The position numbers and the translations under genes were made by a program. Shown in pieces: positions 25,713-38,745 of a stretch of 64,000 bases of DNA (position 1 is its first letter; each line of letters begins with the position of its first letter). Where the stretch lies: positions 53,444,001 to 53,508,000 of the forward strand of contig NC_042997.1 in the NCBI RefSeq assembly GCF_006345805.1. The letters are read 5' to 3'. The notes beneath the pieces were generated by a model. That model was not told the origin of the DNA. It did no database searches and saw nothing but the letters and a program-made list of their open reading frames with translations. The stretch is from Octopus sinensis (taxonomy: Eukaryota).

Positions 25713-26255
25713 TTATATTTTATATTTATATATATGTATATAATACAATATATATACGTTATCTACCTATATAAAAGAGGAAAAAAACTTGTACACTTTG
25801 GCTTTGGTAAGGATTCAATGGCACTAGACGTGCTAGGATCGAGCTGAAAATTTACACCCCTATAGGTGTGGTGTAGTTACGGCCAGAGCAGGTTTCAAGT
25901 CTCTACCTCGATAGCAAAGGCCCAAAACAATGCATTTTCTGCAAGTGAGTGAATCTCATACACCATTGCCTTGAGTTGTGTTCACTTTGCATGAATGCAA
26001 CGGAAAAATGGGGCGAAAACACGTTCAATCTTCAAGTTTTTCGAAAAACAAAATATGAGCATATACGTAGAAATATTTCCTGAATCGATTGGAGCAAGTC
26101 TGAATTCTCTAGCTTGAAAAATGCAAATTCTAGCAGTTTTGAGTGTGCCTTTTTAAGGAGTTCCCAGTTGAAAATGGTGTCAAAATATAGCTCAAAATGA
26201 GAGAATTGATTTGCAGACCAAATCGCCTCAAAAATCGAAGGGGAAGTGCTCTTAA

Positions 26256-26644
26256 TCTAGATATATAAAGCTGAAGTTGTGTGTGTGTGTGTGTGTGTGT
26301 GGAAGGTTTGGTAGCCTTCAGCTAACACTATCTCCTCCGAAACCCTGCTGCGCAAGTTGACCAAAATTGAGAGTATGATAGCAGAAGGCTTGCTCTTCAT
26401 TCCGTAGAAGAAAATATTCAAATCGGACCATGTTAAGACCAAAAATTATTTACATCAAAAAGGTGGTATTTTTCTATGAAAATCCCTATTTTTTGACTGC
26501 TGTGTTGCCATTATTCGGTGTATTTCAACGAGAAAAATGTTCAATTAATGCAAAATTGCTACATAATGCAAAATTTTTACTTTTGAAAAATTCCAATTCT
26601 AAAGGGCTGAAACAAACCGAAGCAATGCCGGGCGATACTGCTAG
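26256..26644 (+). mobile_element. Non-autonomous Helitron, duplicate copy
   Basis: Near-identical to 24159-24546. Confidence 0.85.
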
Positions 26645-26796
26645 TATATATATTTATATTTTTATATATATGTATAATATATATATATTTGTATATACAG
26701 TATATATATATATTTATATTTTTATATATATGTATATACAATATATATATATATTTATATTTTTATATATATAATATATATACATTATATATATAT

Positions 26797-27950
26797 ACCT
26801 GTTTACGTTGTGGAAATCCATAGTGTCAGATGGATGGACAGGAGGGATGACATTTGTTTTGCATTTTGGCCAGTGAAATCTCAGATCACAGAGAACCAAG
26901 TCATGATCAGTGTGTTGAGTTTTCTCCACTGCAATATTGTGGATAGTGTCAGTGTGATTGCTGAAAATTAGGTCTAGGACGTTTTTGTGACATCTGGTTG
27001 GTTCGAGCACCAGTTGGGACAGGAAGAAATCATCCATGAAGTCAAGAAGCGATTCCACTGCCTCCATGTCAGAAATTGAGACAGAAGAACTTGGCGGCAG
27101 ACTGTTTGTAGACCAGTCAACCCCGGGGAAGTTGAAATCCCCCAACATTAAGATGTTGTCAGGTTGACACTGCTGGATGAAACACTTTATGTTGTTGGGG
27201 CATTCCTTGAAGCATGGTAGGGGCGTTTGGGGTGGTCTGTAGAGCTCAACTATTAATAAGTTGTTGGTTTGACTGAATACAGCGACTGCTTCGCAGTATC
27301 CATTAGAAAATATGTTCATAGAAAGAATTATGAACATAAATGGCAGTCCTACTCCTTCTACTGCCAGCATGAATGGCTTTCAAATTTTTCACTTCCACCT
27401 TGGCTTGGACGAAGAAAGGGATGTGGTTTGGATGGGCATCAACCCAGTCCTCCGGGAATTTTATCTTCCATTTTTGAGTATTGGTGGAAGGGCTGATACC
27501 TCGGGCGTTAAGCAAAAATGTTGAGGTGAGAGTGAATGGTTTTAATTGTTTTAGTGTTTTGTTTATTTGTTTGCTTTTTAATGGCATGTGCAGTGGTGGA
27601 TTGTGCCTTGTGATAGCTCAGATATTTTTTTCCAGTTCTTTTGCTAGATTCATAATAGCCCTAAAAGAGAAAGAAGTTTCCTGTCAAGGGAACTGTAGGT
27701 GACTGTGGTTGTGGTTATTTTTATATGAGTGGTTATTTTTATATGAGTCATAGGTTTTTTGGTTTTTATTTATATTATCATTTGTTCGACGAGTTTCTGG
27801 GAGATGGGTAAAGGGACAATCCCTGTGCCAATACAATCTGTCTTGCTGGGAATAGCTGCAGATTTGAGGATTCCTTGTTTGAAATATTGGTGGTTGTGGT
27901 GGTGTTGTAATAGAGTATGTATTATGGTGGTGATATCGCAGTTAGCATAT
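26797..27950 (-). mobile_element. CR1/Jockey-group LINE fragment (ORF1 end plus APE endonuclease)
   Basis: ORF 26714-27370 has LYRPP, MLGDFNFPGVDW, EPTR..NVLDLIFSN and TDHDLV (AP endonuclease motifs). Upstream is FLLLNARG-like sequence and a degenerate CCCH-like motif (CSYSQQDRLYWHRDCPFTH). Confidence 0.85.
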
Positions 27951-27965
27951 TATATATATATATAT

Positions 27966-27996
<31 letters not shown>

Positions 27997-28057
27997 CTAT
28001 CTATCTGTCTATCTATCTATCTATCTATCTATATATATATAATTATATATGTATATG

Positions 28058-28104
<47 letters not shown>

Positions 28105-28107
28105 ATA

Positions 28108-28141
<34 letters not shown>

Positions 28142-28152
28142 GAATATATATT

Positions 28153-28900
28153 ATCTATCATATAAAGTTCATTTTGTCTGTGTGTGTGTCTTCTAGGATC
28201 TCGGGCATCCTCTATCCGATTGCACTCAAATTTGATATGCAGATACCGACGGTACCAGGGCGTTTATAAGTCTTGAAAAAATTACAAAAATCGATTTCAG
28301 GTGAGAATGCGATTGATAAAGCCGGGGGAACATGCATTTGTATGCACAAGTACATCAGCTGTTGTGATCAATACTATGCGTACTCGAGAAAAATGCACAA
28401 GCAATTTGCACAAAAAAAGCCGAGTGTTGGCTGTTCGAAAAACCTTTTCTACTATGCTCCAGTAACAAGGAATGTGGTTTACAAGGCTGCACTCCACTAG
28501 CTTTCCCTTGCCCTTGAACATCCCGTAAAGTAAGTTAGCTTAAAATTAGTTACTTAGTTCCCTAAGTTGTTGCTTTTCATCAAAAATCGCCCCAAGTTCA
28601 TTTCCTACATGTTTTATCAGACAAACTTATTATTGTCCCAGGTATGTTCTCATAAATTCATCATGCTTTTCCATCTAGATTTACCTCCAGCTAACCCATT
28701 TCATGCTTCGTTTTTGTCCTTCTTTTCTTCCGCCAGCCTGTACATAACTGTACCTTCCATTTTTTATTGTTTTTGTACTGCTTAAAGGCATGTTTCTTTC
28801 CTGCCAAGCTTACTGTTTAAACCATGTTTGTGTTCTCCCAGTAAACAGCCTTATCATTACTGGAACTTTAAACACTTCGGTTGCATATTTGTGTGAATAA
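28153..28900 (+). mobile_element. Probable Helitron-like non-autonomous element (5' part)
   Basis: Starts A|TCtatcatataaagttc...gtctgtgtgtg like the other Helitron heads. No 3' CTAG found before the LINE junction. Confidence 0.4.
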
Positions 28901-30310
28901 AATCGTTTTTCTTTGCAAGAAAGCTCTGGAAGAGAACCTGGAGTGGTTTTGCCAGGGCATGCTTACATGATTTGAGGAGGATTGCTGGGAGACCATCAGA
29001 ACCAGCAGTTGAGTTTGCGTCCAGCTCATCTATGGCTAGTAGTATATCTTCTTCACTAATGTTGATGTATTCCATTGTAACTGACTCACTGGTTATAGTT
29101 GAGTTGGCAAAGAAGTCCACTGATTCGTTCACTTGTCTGCGTTCCAACGGAGTGGTAAAGACACTTTTGAACTGGTCATTCAGTACCTCACTGATCCTGG
29201 TTGGACTGGCTGTGAGGGAGCCATCTTTTGCAGCGTACTGAGGCTGTTTCTTTCGCGTAATGAAAGAATGCCTTTTGGTTTGACTTAATGCTTTTTATAA
29301 CCCAGGCTTCTTTGTCTGCTCTTTCCCTCACATAGGATTGTTGCAGCCTTTTTTCAATCTCCATCAGTGTTGTTTTTAGGCGGGACCTTTTGCTACTTTT
29401 GGGATGTTGGTTGAATCAATTTACAACCTTCGTCCATCTTCTTTTGAGGATCTTCCTCTCCCTTGGAATGTTGTACCTATTTGTTTTGGCCTTGTGCTCG
29501 GGACATATTTGTGGCATACGGCTTGCACAACAGACATGAAACATTCTAGTTTCATGCCAATGTCTGGTCTGGAGATACATTTCGGCCAGTCCTCTCTGAG
29601 GATCTCTTTTTGGATCGATTTCCAATCTGCTTTGTGGAAGTTCAGATTGGAGAGTTTTCGGGTGCTTCCTTTAGGCTGTATGTCTCTGGTTACTTTCAGC
29701 CCAAACATAGACAGCTCTATTATGTTGTGATCCATGACTAATGTCGGCATTACTTTCACATCATGAATGATGTCCGTATTGTTCATGAAGCAGAGATCTA
29801 AAATGTTTTTCACCCTAGTTGGTTTGAGTATAGCTTTCTCCATGAATAGGGCAATGGTGAGGTTGAGCAGGGACTCCACCTGTGCTTGCTTGCAATGAGT
29901 CATTCCTGAGAGCATGCGACCTTTGGGCCATTTGATGTTGGGGAAGTTGAAACCACCCATAAGAAATATGCTCATGTGGTGTTCCAGTTTCATGAGGATT
30001 TCTTTAATTCTTGTGAGGCAATCTCCAAATTTGCCTATGTTTGTTGGAGCATCCGGTGGACAATATGTATTGCATATGACTATATTGTGTTGTCTTATGT
30101 GACACAATTAGAGTGTCACATACTAAATTTGAGTATGACAGTAAGACCTTTCATATATTTTATCCTTGGAGATGTTTGTTGTCTTTTCTCAGAGAAGTTT
30201 TTCTCCTTAAAGCCCCTGTAGTTTTGGCAGGGTCTCTAGTGAGCAAACCAGCAGTTTTTGCTGTCTTCCTCATGCCAACATTTGCCCTGCAGGTCCTTGA
30301 GTGCCTTTCA
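28900..30310 (-). mobile_element. CR1-like LINE fragment (endonuclease, linker, start of RT)
   Basis: ORF 29421-30107 (YCPP, GGFNFPNIKW, KPTRVKNILDLCF, MDHNII, NFHKADW) and ORF 28857-29147 (STAGSDGLPAILLKSC). 28900-29480 is homologous to 46310-46870. Confidence 0.88.
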
Positions 30311-30494
30311 AATATATATATATACATATATATATATAATATATATATATATGTTATATATATATATATATATTATATACAATATAATGGTGGTGCATAA
30401 GCATGGCCACAGCTCTGAGCTGAAACTAGAGGAAAAAAAAGTATATATTATATTATACATATATTATATAGTATATATATATATATATATTATA

Positions 30495-30710
30495 TACTCT
30501 TTTACTCTTTACTTGTTTCAGTCATATGACTGTGGCCATGCTGGAGTACCACATTTAGTTGAGCAAATCAACCCCAGGACTTATTCTTTGTAAGCCTAGT
30601 ACTTATTCTGTCAGGCTCGTTTGCCGAACCGCTAAGTTACGGTGATGTAAACACACCAACATCGGTAGTCAAGCGATGTTGGGGGCACAAACACAGACAC
30701 ACAAACATAA

Positions 30711-30764
<54 letters not shown>

Positions 30765-30870
30765 CTTCTTCCAGTTTCCGTTTCACAAGGCTATGGTAGA
30801 AGACACTTGCCCATGAAACCGGAAACATTGGGTTTGTAAGCAAGCTACTTTCCACTCAGCCACTCCTACG
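30495..30870 (-). mobile_element. tRNA-derived CORE-type SINE (family A), internally deleted
   Basis: Matches family A in both tail and head. Confidence 0.8.
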
Positions 30871-31029
30871 CCTATATACTAAATATTATATATATGTTAT
30901 ATATATATATATTATATATTACATAGTATATATATTATACATATATATATAGATATATATTATATACTATATATTATATCATGTATATATTATATACTAT
31001 ATATATATTATTTACAACATTATTATATT

Positions 31030-32282
31030 ATCATCATCATCTTCATTGTTTAATGTCTGCTTTCCATGCTAGCATGGATTGGACAATTTGACTGAGGAAT
31101 GGTGAACCAGATGGCTGCACCAGGCTCCAATCTGATCTGGCAGAGTTTCTACAGCTGGATACCCTTCCTAATGTCAACCACTCCGAGAGTGTAGTGGGTG
31201 CTTTTACGTCCCACGAGGGCCAGTCAGGCTGTACTGGCAACGGCCACGCTCAAATGTTTTTTCACGTGCTACCAGCATAAGTGCCAGTAAGGTGACACTG
31301 GTAATGATCATGCTCGAACGGTGCTTTTTATGTGCCACTGGCACCGAAGCCAGTTTGTTGCTCTGGCAACGATCACGCTCAGATGGTACCCTTAGTGCTC
31401 CACTAGCACAAATGCCAGTCATCGAATTTGATTTCGATTTCACTTGCCTTAACAGGTCTTCACAAGTAGAGTTTAGTGTCCAATGAAGGAAAGGTACTCA
31501 TATGCTGGCTGGTTACACACCTGGCATAGGCCACGAGGTTATGGTCTCACTTGGCTTGCATATTTCCAAAGATCTCAGTCACTAGGTGAGGTCTAATGTC
31601 CCTATCACTTGTTGAGGCCGAATGTTCGGTTATGCTTCACCACCTCATCCCAGGTTTTCCTGGGTCTACCTCTTCCACAGGTTCCCTCATCTGCTAGAGT
31701 GTGGCACATTTTCACACACCTATCCTCATCCATTCTCGCCACATGGCCATACCAGCACAGTCATCTCTCTTGCACACCATATCTGATGCTTCTTAGGTCC
31801 AACTTTTCTCTCAAGTTACTTACACTCTGTCGAGTATGCACACTGACATTACACATCCAGCGGAGCATACTAGCTTCATTCCTTGTGAGCTTATACATGT
31901 CCTCAGCAGTCATGGCCCATGTTTCAATGCCATGTAGCATGGCTGTTCGCACACACGTGTCATACAGTCTACCTTTTACTCTGAGCGAGAGGCCCTTTGT
32001 CACCAGCAGAGGTAAGAGCTCTCTGAACTTTGCCCAGGCTATTCTTATTCTAGCAGCTACACTTTCAGCGCACCCTCCCCTGCTACTGACTTGGTCACCT
32101 AGATAACGGAAGCTATCAACTAATTCTAGTTTTTCTCCTTGGAATATGGCAGAAGCTGTTCTCTGCACATTTTCAGTGTTTATTGCTCCTGAGCATCTGC
32201 CACATACAAAAATTATCTTCCCAGTTAGCTTTCCTTTGATATTGCTGCACCCCTTATTCGTCCATAGCTTACACTGAGTACA
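31030..32282 (-). mobile_element. 5'-truncated RTE LINE
   Basis: ORF 31761-32168 (LELVDSFRYLGDQ...RNEASMLRWMC) plus 3' UTR and (GAT)n. Upstream reads TQCKLWTNKGCSNIKGKLTGKIIFVCGRC. Confidence 0.9.
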
Positions 32283-32387
32283 TATTTATATATATATTAT
32301 ATTATATATATGCATATTATATTATATATATTATATGTATGTTAAATTTTATATTATACAATATATATTATATCGTATATATATATA

Positions 32388-32428
<41 letters not shown>

Positions 32429-32492
32429 ATGATATGCATGTTATATGTATATATATATATATATAGTATCCCATATATATCATATATATATG

Positions 32493-32526
<34 letters not shown>

Positions 32527-32846
32527 ATATATATATAATATCCCATATATATCTATATATATATCATATATATATGTGTATATATATATATATATATACA
32601 CATACCCTCTCTCTCTTTCGGAGAGGCACAAGCACCTACACGCACATATACACACACGGCAGTAACTTCCGCCTGCCGAATTCAATCACAAAGCTTCGGT
32701 TGGCTCGGGGCTATAGTGGAAGACACCTACCCAAAGTGCCACGCAGTGGGACTGAACCCGAAACCATGTAGCTAGGAAGCAAGCTCCCTAACCACACATA
32801 TATATATATATATACATATATACATACATACATACATACATATATA

Positions 32847-32881
<35 letters not shown>

Positions 32882-35759
32882 TTGTTTAACGTCTGCTTCA
32901 AATCTAGCATCAGTGGGACTGCACCAAATGCATACATGTATATATACATGTACATACACATACTCTACATCACAACGCTTATATCTGTTCATTGTAAACC
33001 TTAAATCTGTGCAATATTATGCACCCGCTCACTCCCAGTAGATGTGTTTCTGTCTTCTTAGCTACTTGCTGACCTTGTCAGTGTTGATGTCATTTAAAAA
33101 GTTCTGGTACCACATAAAAAGCACTCACTGTAAAAAATGTTTGACATGAGGAAGAGCATCCTGTTGTAGAGATCATGTCAAAGCAGAAAATGGAACCTGG
33201 CCCTTCCAGCTTCTGTCAAACTGTCTAACCCATGCCAGCATGGAAAACTGACATGAAATGTTGATGATGCTGATACACAATGAGATTCTTTTAGCTTTCG
33301 TTAACTAAATTCACTCTTTGGTTGGCCCTGTGTTATAATAGAAAAGACTTGCCCAAGATGCTGTGCAGTGGTTCTGAGTGTAGTTGCAAATACATCCTAA
33401 AGTAATATTGATTTCATATGCTGGCTCAAGGCCACAATTTTAGTGGAAGAATATAGTTAATTAAATAGGATACACATACTTGACTGGTACTTTATTATAT
33501 TAATTCTGAAAGATTAAAGGTAAACTTGACCTTGGTGAAATAAAATAGTATTAGTGGTTGTATGGAAGTTATTCATCTTATGTGCCTATTCCGCCTACAT
33601 GCCTAAAAAATTAGTTGATAGTTTGTTTATCTGATGAAATGTTATTTAACAATTCATGTCTTTGTAATGTTATATATATATTTTGGTTAAAAGTTTTTTC
33701 ATTTATATATCTTGATTTATTTATTCTATTAATGGTAAACTAGCTGATCTTGTAGCCAGTGTGGCTTGTGTTTCAGACTGACTGGGTCAGTGTTGCCGAT
33801 TCTATATATTTCCTAAGTGCAAGTTAATGTAATATAACATAGTTTAATTATATTAGTATTATCACAGAGTGTTCTGTTTAATTAAAGTATAGTTTTTCTT
33901 GGAGGATAAATATAACAATGCATAATGATTTATTCTGAAATGTTATCTGTTCTGGTGATGTCACATGTAAATCATTGTTGCAAATATTGTTGTGATCTGA
34001 GTATCTCAAATCTACACTGTTCTCGAGTGTAATTCTAAACCACAGGTCACAAGGTATTATTTTAAAAGAGGTTTTCTTCGCTAGCAATTTTAAGGTGATA
34101 ATCACTAGTGTTTAGTGTCTGCAGATGTAAACAGAAAGTGTATTGTCTTTTCATTGTGTTATTCTTAACATGAACAAGAGGTATGTTTTCTCTATAATAA
34201 CACCATCAGTAGATCTGAAGTATCCCATTAACTTAATTAAAATGGGGACTACATGTTTAAGTTTTAAACTTTAGAATAATATACCCATACACAGTAGAGC
34301 AATGGTTAAAAACAGTTAATTGAATCGGCTGTTTCTGTGTGATCGATCTACTTGAAACGGAGTTGTGTGGAATTGTCCAATTAGAACTGCTAATAAGAGG
34401 ATCAGCTTTCAGGTAATCACTTTCATTGTTTATGATATAGCTTCGTAGAAATTTCCAGCATAATATTGTGTAGTATAATATGGCTATATTATTTTTACTT
34501 TTTCAAGATTTATGACTGTTTATTGTGTTAGATTGTATTTCAGCATCTATTTCTTATAACTTTTATATCATGTATTCTGCTAGTGTCCTTTTCATATACT
34601 CTGTGCATAATTCATTATGATTTTTGTATTTGATTCATCTTCTATTTTCTGTTCAGCTTATCTAGTATTAGGTAACTGAATCATCTTCTATTCTCTAACT
34701 GACCAAACTTGTATTTCATATCAGATCCACTTTATATTCTGTATCCAAATCCTGCTACACTTGGCCAGTCATGCTTCATATATACTTGATTTAGTGTATT
34801 GTTATTTTTCAGTTCATAATTTTCTGTTGCATTAGCAATTTCCTATTGAAAGGAAGTTCTCAGTTAACTCAAATGCTATTTGTTTTTGTTTAAAATTAGA
34901 TAGTTTTATGGCATACATTTAGCTTGGAATTTTGTAGTGTGAAGTGGATGTAAGATAAATCTCTTCTTGGATAGGCTGCCATTTTATCTTTGTCAATATT
35001 GCCAGAAGAACTGATACTTTTTTCCCTGCAGCTAATTGAAATGAAACAGTCTGCCGTAGATATTGACTCTTGACTAATAACTTCTGAGCCAACAAAAAAG
35101 GTTTGATGTAGTTACTTGACCTGCTAAAAATAGCAGACATATTTTCTCTGAATCATTCCTTTTGATATGAAAAAAATAAAATGAAGGACACTTTATATAA
35201 TATCTGAAAAAAGACAATCTCCTTGATCATAGCTAACTAAGGCTAAACCTACTGCTATTTTGTTTATTTTGTTCATGCTATGCCTATTCACTTTATCTAA
35301 TTAATACCATATAGTCAATTAAATTGATGTCAGTATATTTATGGTATTTTTTTTATTGATTTGGAAGTGCCTATGAGCAAAGTTATCCTCAGTAAAATTT
35401 GAGCCCAGAACAAGTTAAATTCTGTAAAGCATTGGTGCTCTACAATCTTTACCAAATCCACTGCCATTCTTATATTTCTAACAATGATTTTTCTATGTAA
35501 GGGAAGTGATTAGTACTACCCCTGCATGAATACAGCAAGTCCAAATGATTTTCTGTATTTAGATACATCACTTTACAATCTGGTTTCAAATCTCACTGAG
35601 TTCAACTTTGGTTTTCATCCCTCCAGAAGTCAGTAAAATATGTCCCAGTTAATTACTGGGGTGGATTTAATTTATAACATTTAAAAAAAAATTGTGAGCT
35701 TGTGTATATATTAGAAATCAATTATGATTTATTACATGGACAAACAGATAATTATTGAA

Positions 35760-36187
35760 GGGAAAGATCTTAGGGTTGACAAAGTCAATACAATATATGT
35801 TGGTTAATATAATCTGTCAGGAAGGAGAGAAAAGATTTGGACTTGAAACAACAGGGAGTGGAGAATCATCGGTAAAGGGTGGACCATCGAGGAGAGAAAG
35901 ACTTATCGCAAAGATACGAGAAGAGAAGAAAAAACTCAGAACCAGATGGAGGATGCAAAGGAGGGGGAAAGAGAAGGGTTAAAACAGCTATATGAAGAGA
36001 TAAAAAAGAGACATCGAGAACAACTAAGAAAAGAAAGAAGGAAGAACAGAAGAAAGGAGAGAGAAAAGAAGTATTGTAATTTTGTAAACAACCCATGCCA
36101 ATATGCGAAACGTTTGTTTACTGAAAGTTAGAGTGGAAGATTGGAAGATTAGATTGTACTAAAGAAGAGCTTGAACACCATCTTAAA
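35760..36187 (+). mobile_element. Fragment of an R2-superfamily (HERO-like) non-LTR retrotransposon, pre-RT region
   Basis: Broken frames give EKKKLRTRW...EREGLKQLYEEIKKRHREQLRKERRK..RKEREKK...FVNNPCQYAKRLF...SGRL...KEELEHHLK, which resembles the region N-terminal to RT in HERO/NeSL elements (from memory). Confidence 0.55.
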
Positions 36188-36540
36188 GGATTTATTCTTT
36201 GTAAGCCTAGTACTTATTCTATTGGTTCTTTTGCTGAAGTGCTAAGTTACATGGATGCAAACACACCAGCATCTGTTGTCAAGCAATGGTGGGAGGACAA
36301 ACACAGAAACACAAACATTTACACACACACACACACACGCCCATATATATATATATATATTATATATATATATATATATACGACAGGCTTCTTTCATTTT
36401 CTATCTACCAAATTCATTCACAAGGCTTTGGTCAGCCTGAGGCTATAGCAGAAGACACTTGCCCAAAGTGCCATGCAGTGGGACTGAACTCGAAACCATG
36501 TGGTTGGTAAGCAAGCTACTTACCACACAGCCACTTTTGC
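36188..36540 (-). mobile_element. tRNA-derived CORE-type SINE (family A)
   Basis: Matches family A. Confidence 0.85.
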
Positions 36541-36708
36541 ATGTATATATTTTTTATTAATATTTAGCAGAAGCAACAGAGTGACTCAAGCACCAACAGT
36601 TTTGTGCATTGGCACTTATCAAACTTGTTTGGTAAGTATCAACACACGACACTCTTGGCTCTTGAATCACTCTGTTGCTTCTGCCAAATATTGATGCAAA
36701 ATATACAT
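36541..36708. mobile_element. Hairpin MITE-like element
   Basis: aatatttagcagaagcaacagagtgactcaag pairs with cttgaatcactctgttgcttctgccaaatatt. A related copy sits at 2601. Confidence 0.75.
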
Positions 36709-36719
36709 ATATACACACA

Positions 36720-36917
36720 CACTCTCTCTCTCCTCCTCTCTCCTTCTCTCCTCCTCTCTCCTTCTCTCCTCCTCCTCCTCTCTCCTCCTCTCTCTCCTCT
36801 TTCATCCTCTCTTCCTCTCTCCTCCTCTCTCTCACCTCTCCCTCTCCTCTCTCTCCCTCTCCTCTCTCTCCCTCCTCCTCCTCCTCCTCTCTATCTCCCT
36901 CTGCCTCTCTCTCTTTC
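36720..36917. repeat. Polypyrimidine (CT/CCT) low-complexity tract
   Basis: About 200 bp consisting almost entirely of C and T. Confidence 0.9.
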
Positions 36918-37725
36918 TAGCACTTTGCTCCTGTAACTATGTTTTCCCCATCATGCTAATAGTCATTTTTTAAAATTCATTCTCTTGGCCACATTTACTC
37001 ATACAAACAAAGATTATATAGAGTAGAGTAGGCTTTTCAGTCTTGCTGAGGACATGGCAACCTCTCTACTGCTGATCCCATGAGAAAATACATCCAGGAC
37101 ACTTTGATAAGGGGTTGGTGTAAGGAAGGGTGTCCAGCTGTAGAAATCATACCAAAATTTGAACAGACACACATCTAAGGGAGAAGTAATTTTGAATAAG
37201 AGCTGATTTGGACTGTGCTGACTGTTCACCTTGTGCCAATATGTTAAGTGGAAGTACAATGATGAGCATGATGATAATACAATGGGTTTCAATGCAGTTT
37301 CTGTCTTCTCAAATTTCACTTAGAAAGTCACCTTGAGGCTATGGTGGAAGATGTAGGCTCAAGTTGTTGCACAGTAGGATCAAGCCCAAACCCTGTTGTT
37401 GCAGAATTAACTTTTTAACCACACAACCACATCTGCACATATACTCTCATACTCTTCCGACTTATTTGTAACCACACACATATACGATCACGTGATATAT
37501 ATATATATATATAGTGTTACATGTTACAGTGTAGAATGTCATCTGTCAGGCCATTTGTACTATAATGTATGATCTACCTGAATATTTTTATTCTGACAGG
37601 TGGTCTGTTTAGGATGTTTTACACAGCAACATGATAAAAAAAAAGCCAAAAAGATCCCCAAAAAGCAAAACAAAGGGTGATACATTATTATGTCATAAAT
37701 TTTGTATAATATCTCATTATTTACA

Positions 37726-37924
37726 GGCGTGGCTGTGCAGTAAGAAGTTTGTTTTCCAACCACATGGTTCTGGGTTCAGTCCCACTGCATGGCACCTAGG
37801 GCAAGTGTCTTCTACTATAGCTCCAGGCCAACCAAAGCCTTGTGAGTGGATTTGGTAGACAGAATCTGAAGAAAGACCATCATGTGTGTGTGTGCATGTG
37901 TGTGTGTGTGTGTGCACGTGTGTG

Positions 37925-37982
<58 letters not shown>

Positions 37983-38205
37983 TGCTAGCATGTGTGTATG
38001 ACTGCCTCCTTGCCTTGACATTGCATGAAAGTTATGAGTGTCACCATCATGCAAACAGTATCTTTCATTTCCAATCTTCTGTGCAAATATGTTTGACTAT
38101 GGGCAAACGTTACCTTATTTGGAACAGGTGAGGGTTGGTGACAGGAAGGGCATTCAGCCACGGAAAACCTGTCTCAGCAAATCCTGTCCAATGTTAAAAC
38201 AACAC
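37726..38205 (+). mobile_element. CORE-type SINE variant with (TG)n and an RTE-like tail
   Basis: Family A head (ggcgtggctgtgc...gggttcagtcccactg), (TG)n, then ggttggtgacaggaagggcattcagcc...(GAT)n. Confidence 0.65.
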
Positions 38206-38709
38206 TGATGATGATGATGATGAAGATGAAATTCTTTGACACTGAGTGAAACCTTTTTAACAAAGATGATACAGCTGTAGAAATATTTCAAAATTATCAT
38301 CATCATCGTTGTTTCTTTAACACTTACTTCTTCCATTCTAGCATAGGCACAATGAGATCTGTTAAGGCAGTCTTCTTGTTGCCAATCCTTATTTGTTTTC
38401 AAGTAAAGTACTAATTTGTCTGGTCTGCCAAATAGCAAACCAATCAACAACCAGACATATTTTAGCTGCAGATGTAGACAATGACACTGCCTATACAGTG
38501 ATATTGTTTTCCTGTGTAACCTGTAAACAATTTCAAGACACAAAGTTGAAAGACACACACACATCTATGTACCTTCCATATATATATATGTATGTATATG
38601 TATCAAGTTAATCCAAACATGAAAACACAAAGAGAAAATACAACAATGCGAGGACGTATAACAAGTATTGTGTTATTGGACGCTCAGGAAAGGAAAGGAA
38701 GAAGGAGGA

Positions 38710-38745
38710 TTTAACGTTTCGAGCAGAGCTCTTTGTCAGAAACAT
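38710..38745 (-). ncRNA. Degenerate minimal type I hammerhead ribozyme (Penelope-like)
   Basis: Minus strand reads GUUU-CUGACAA-A-GAGC-UCU-GCUC-GAAA-CGUUA, with palindromic AACGUU in stem III. The core has A in place of G8 of CUGANGA. Confidence 0.55.

Larger units (their letters stand above)
22250..26644. repeat. ~2.1-kb tandem duplication (TA-rich low-complexity block plus Helitron composite)
   Basis: 23660-24546 is nearly identical to 25755-26644 (offset ~2097 bp). The preceding TA-rich tracts share landmarks such as tttacgtata and tagatttagatttatg. Confidence 0.9.

Noticed and set aside
36557-36936. E/R-rich and L/S/P-rich ORFs
   Set aside because: They are products of the CT microsatellite tract.
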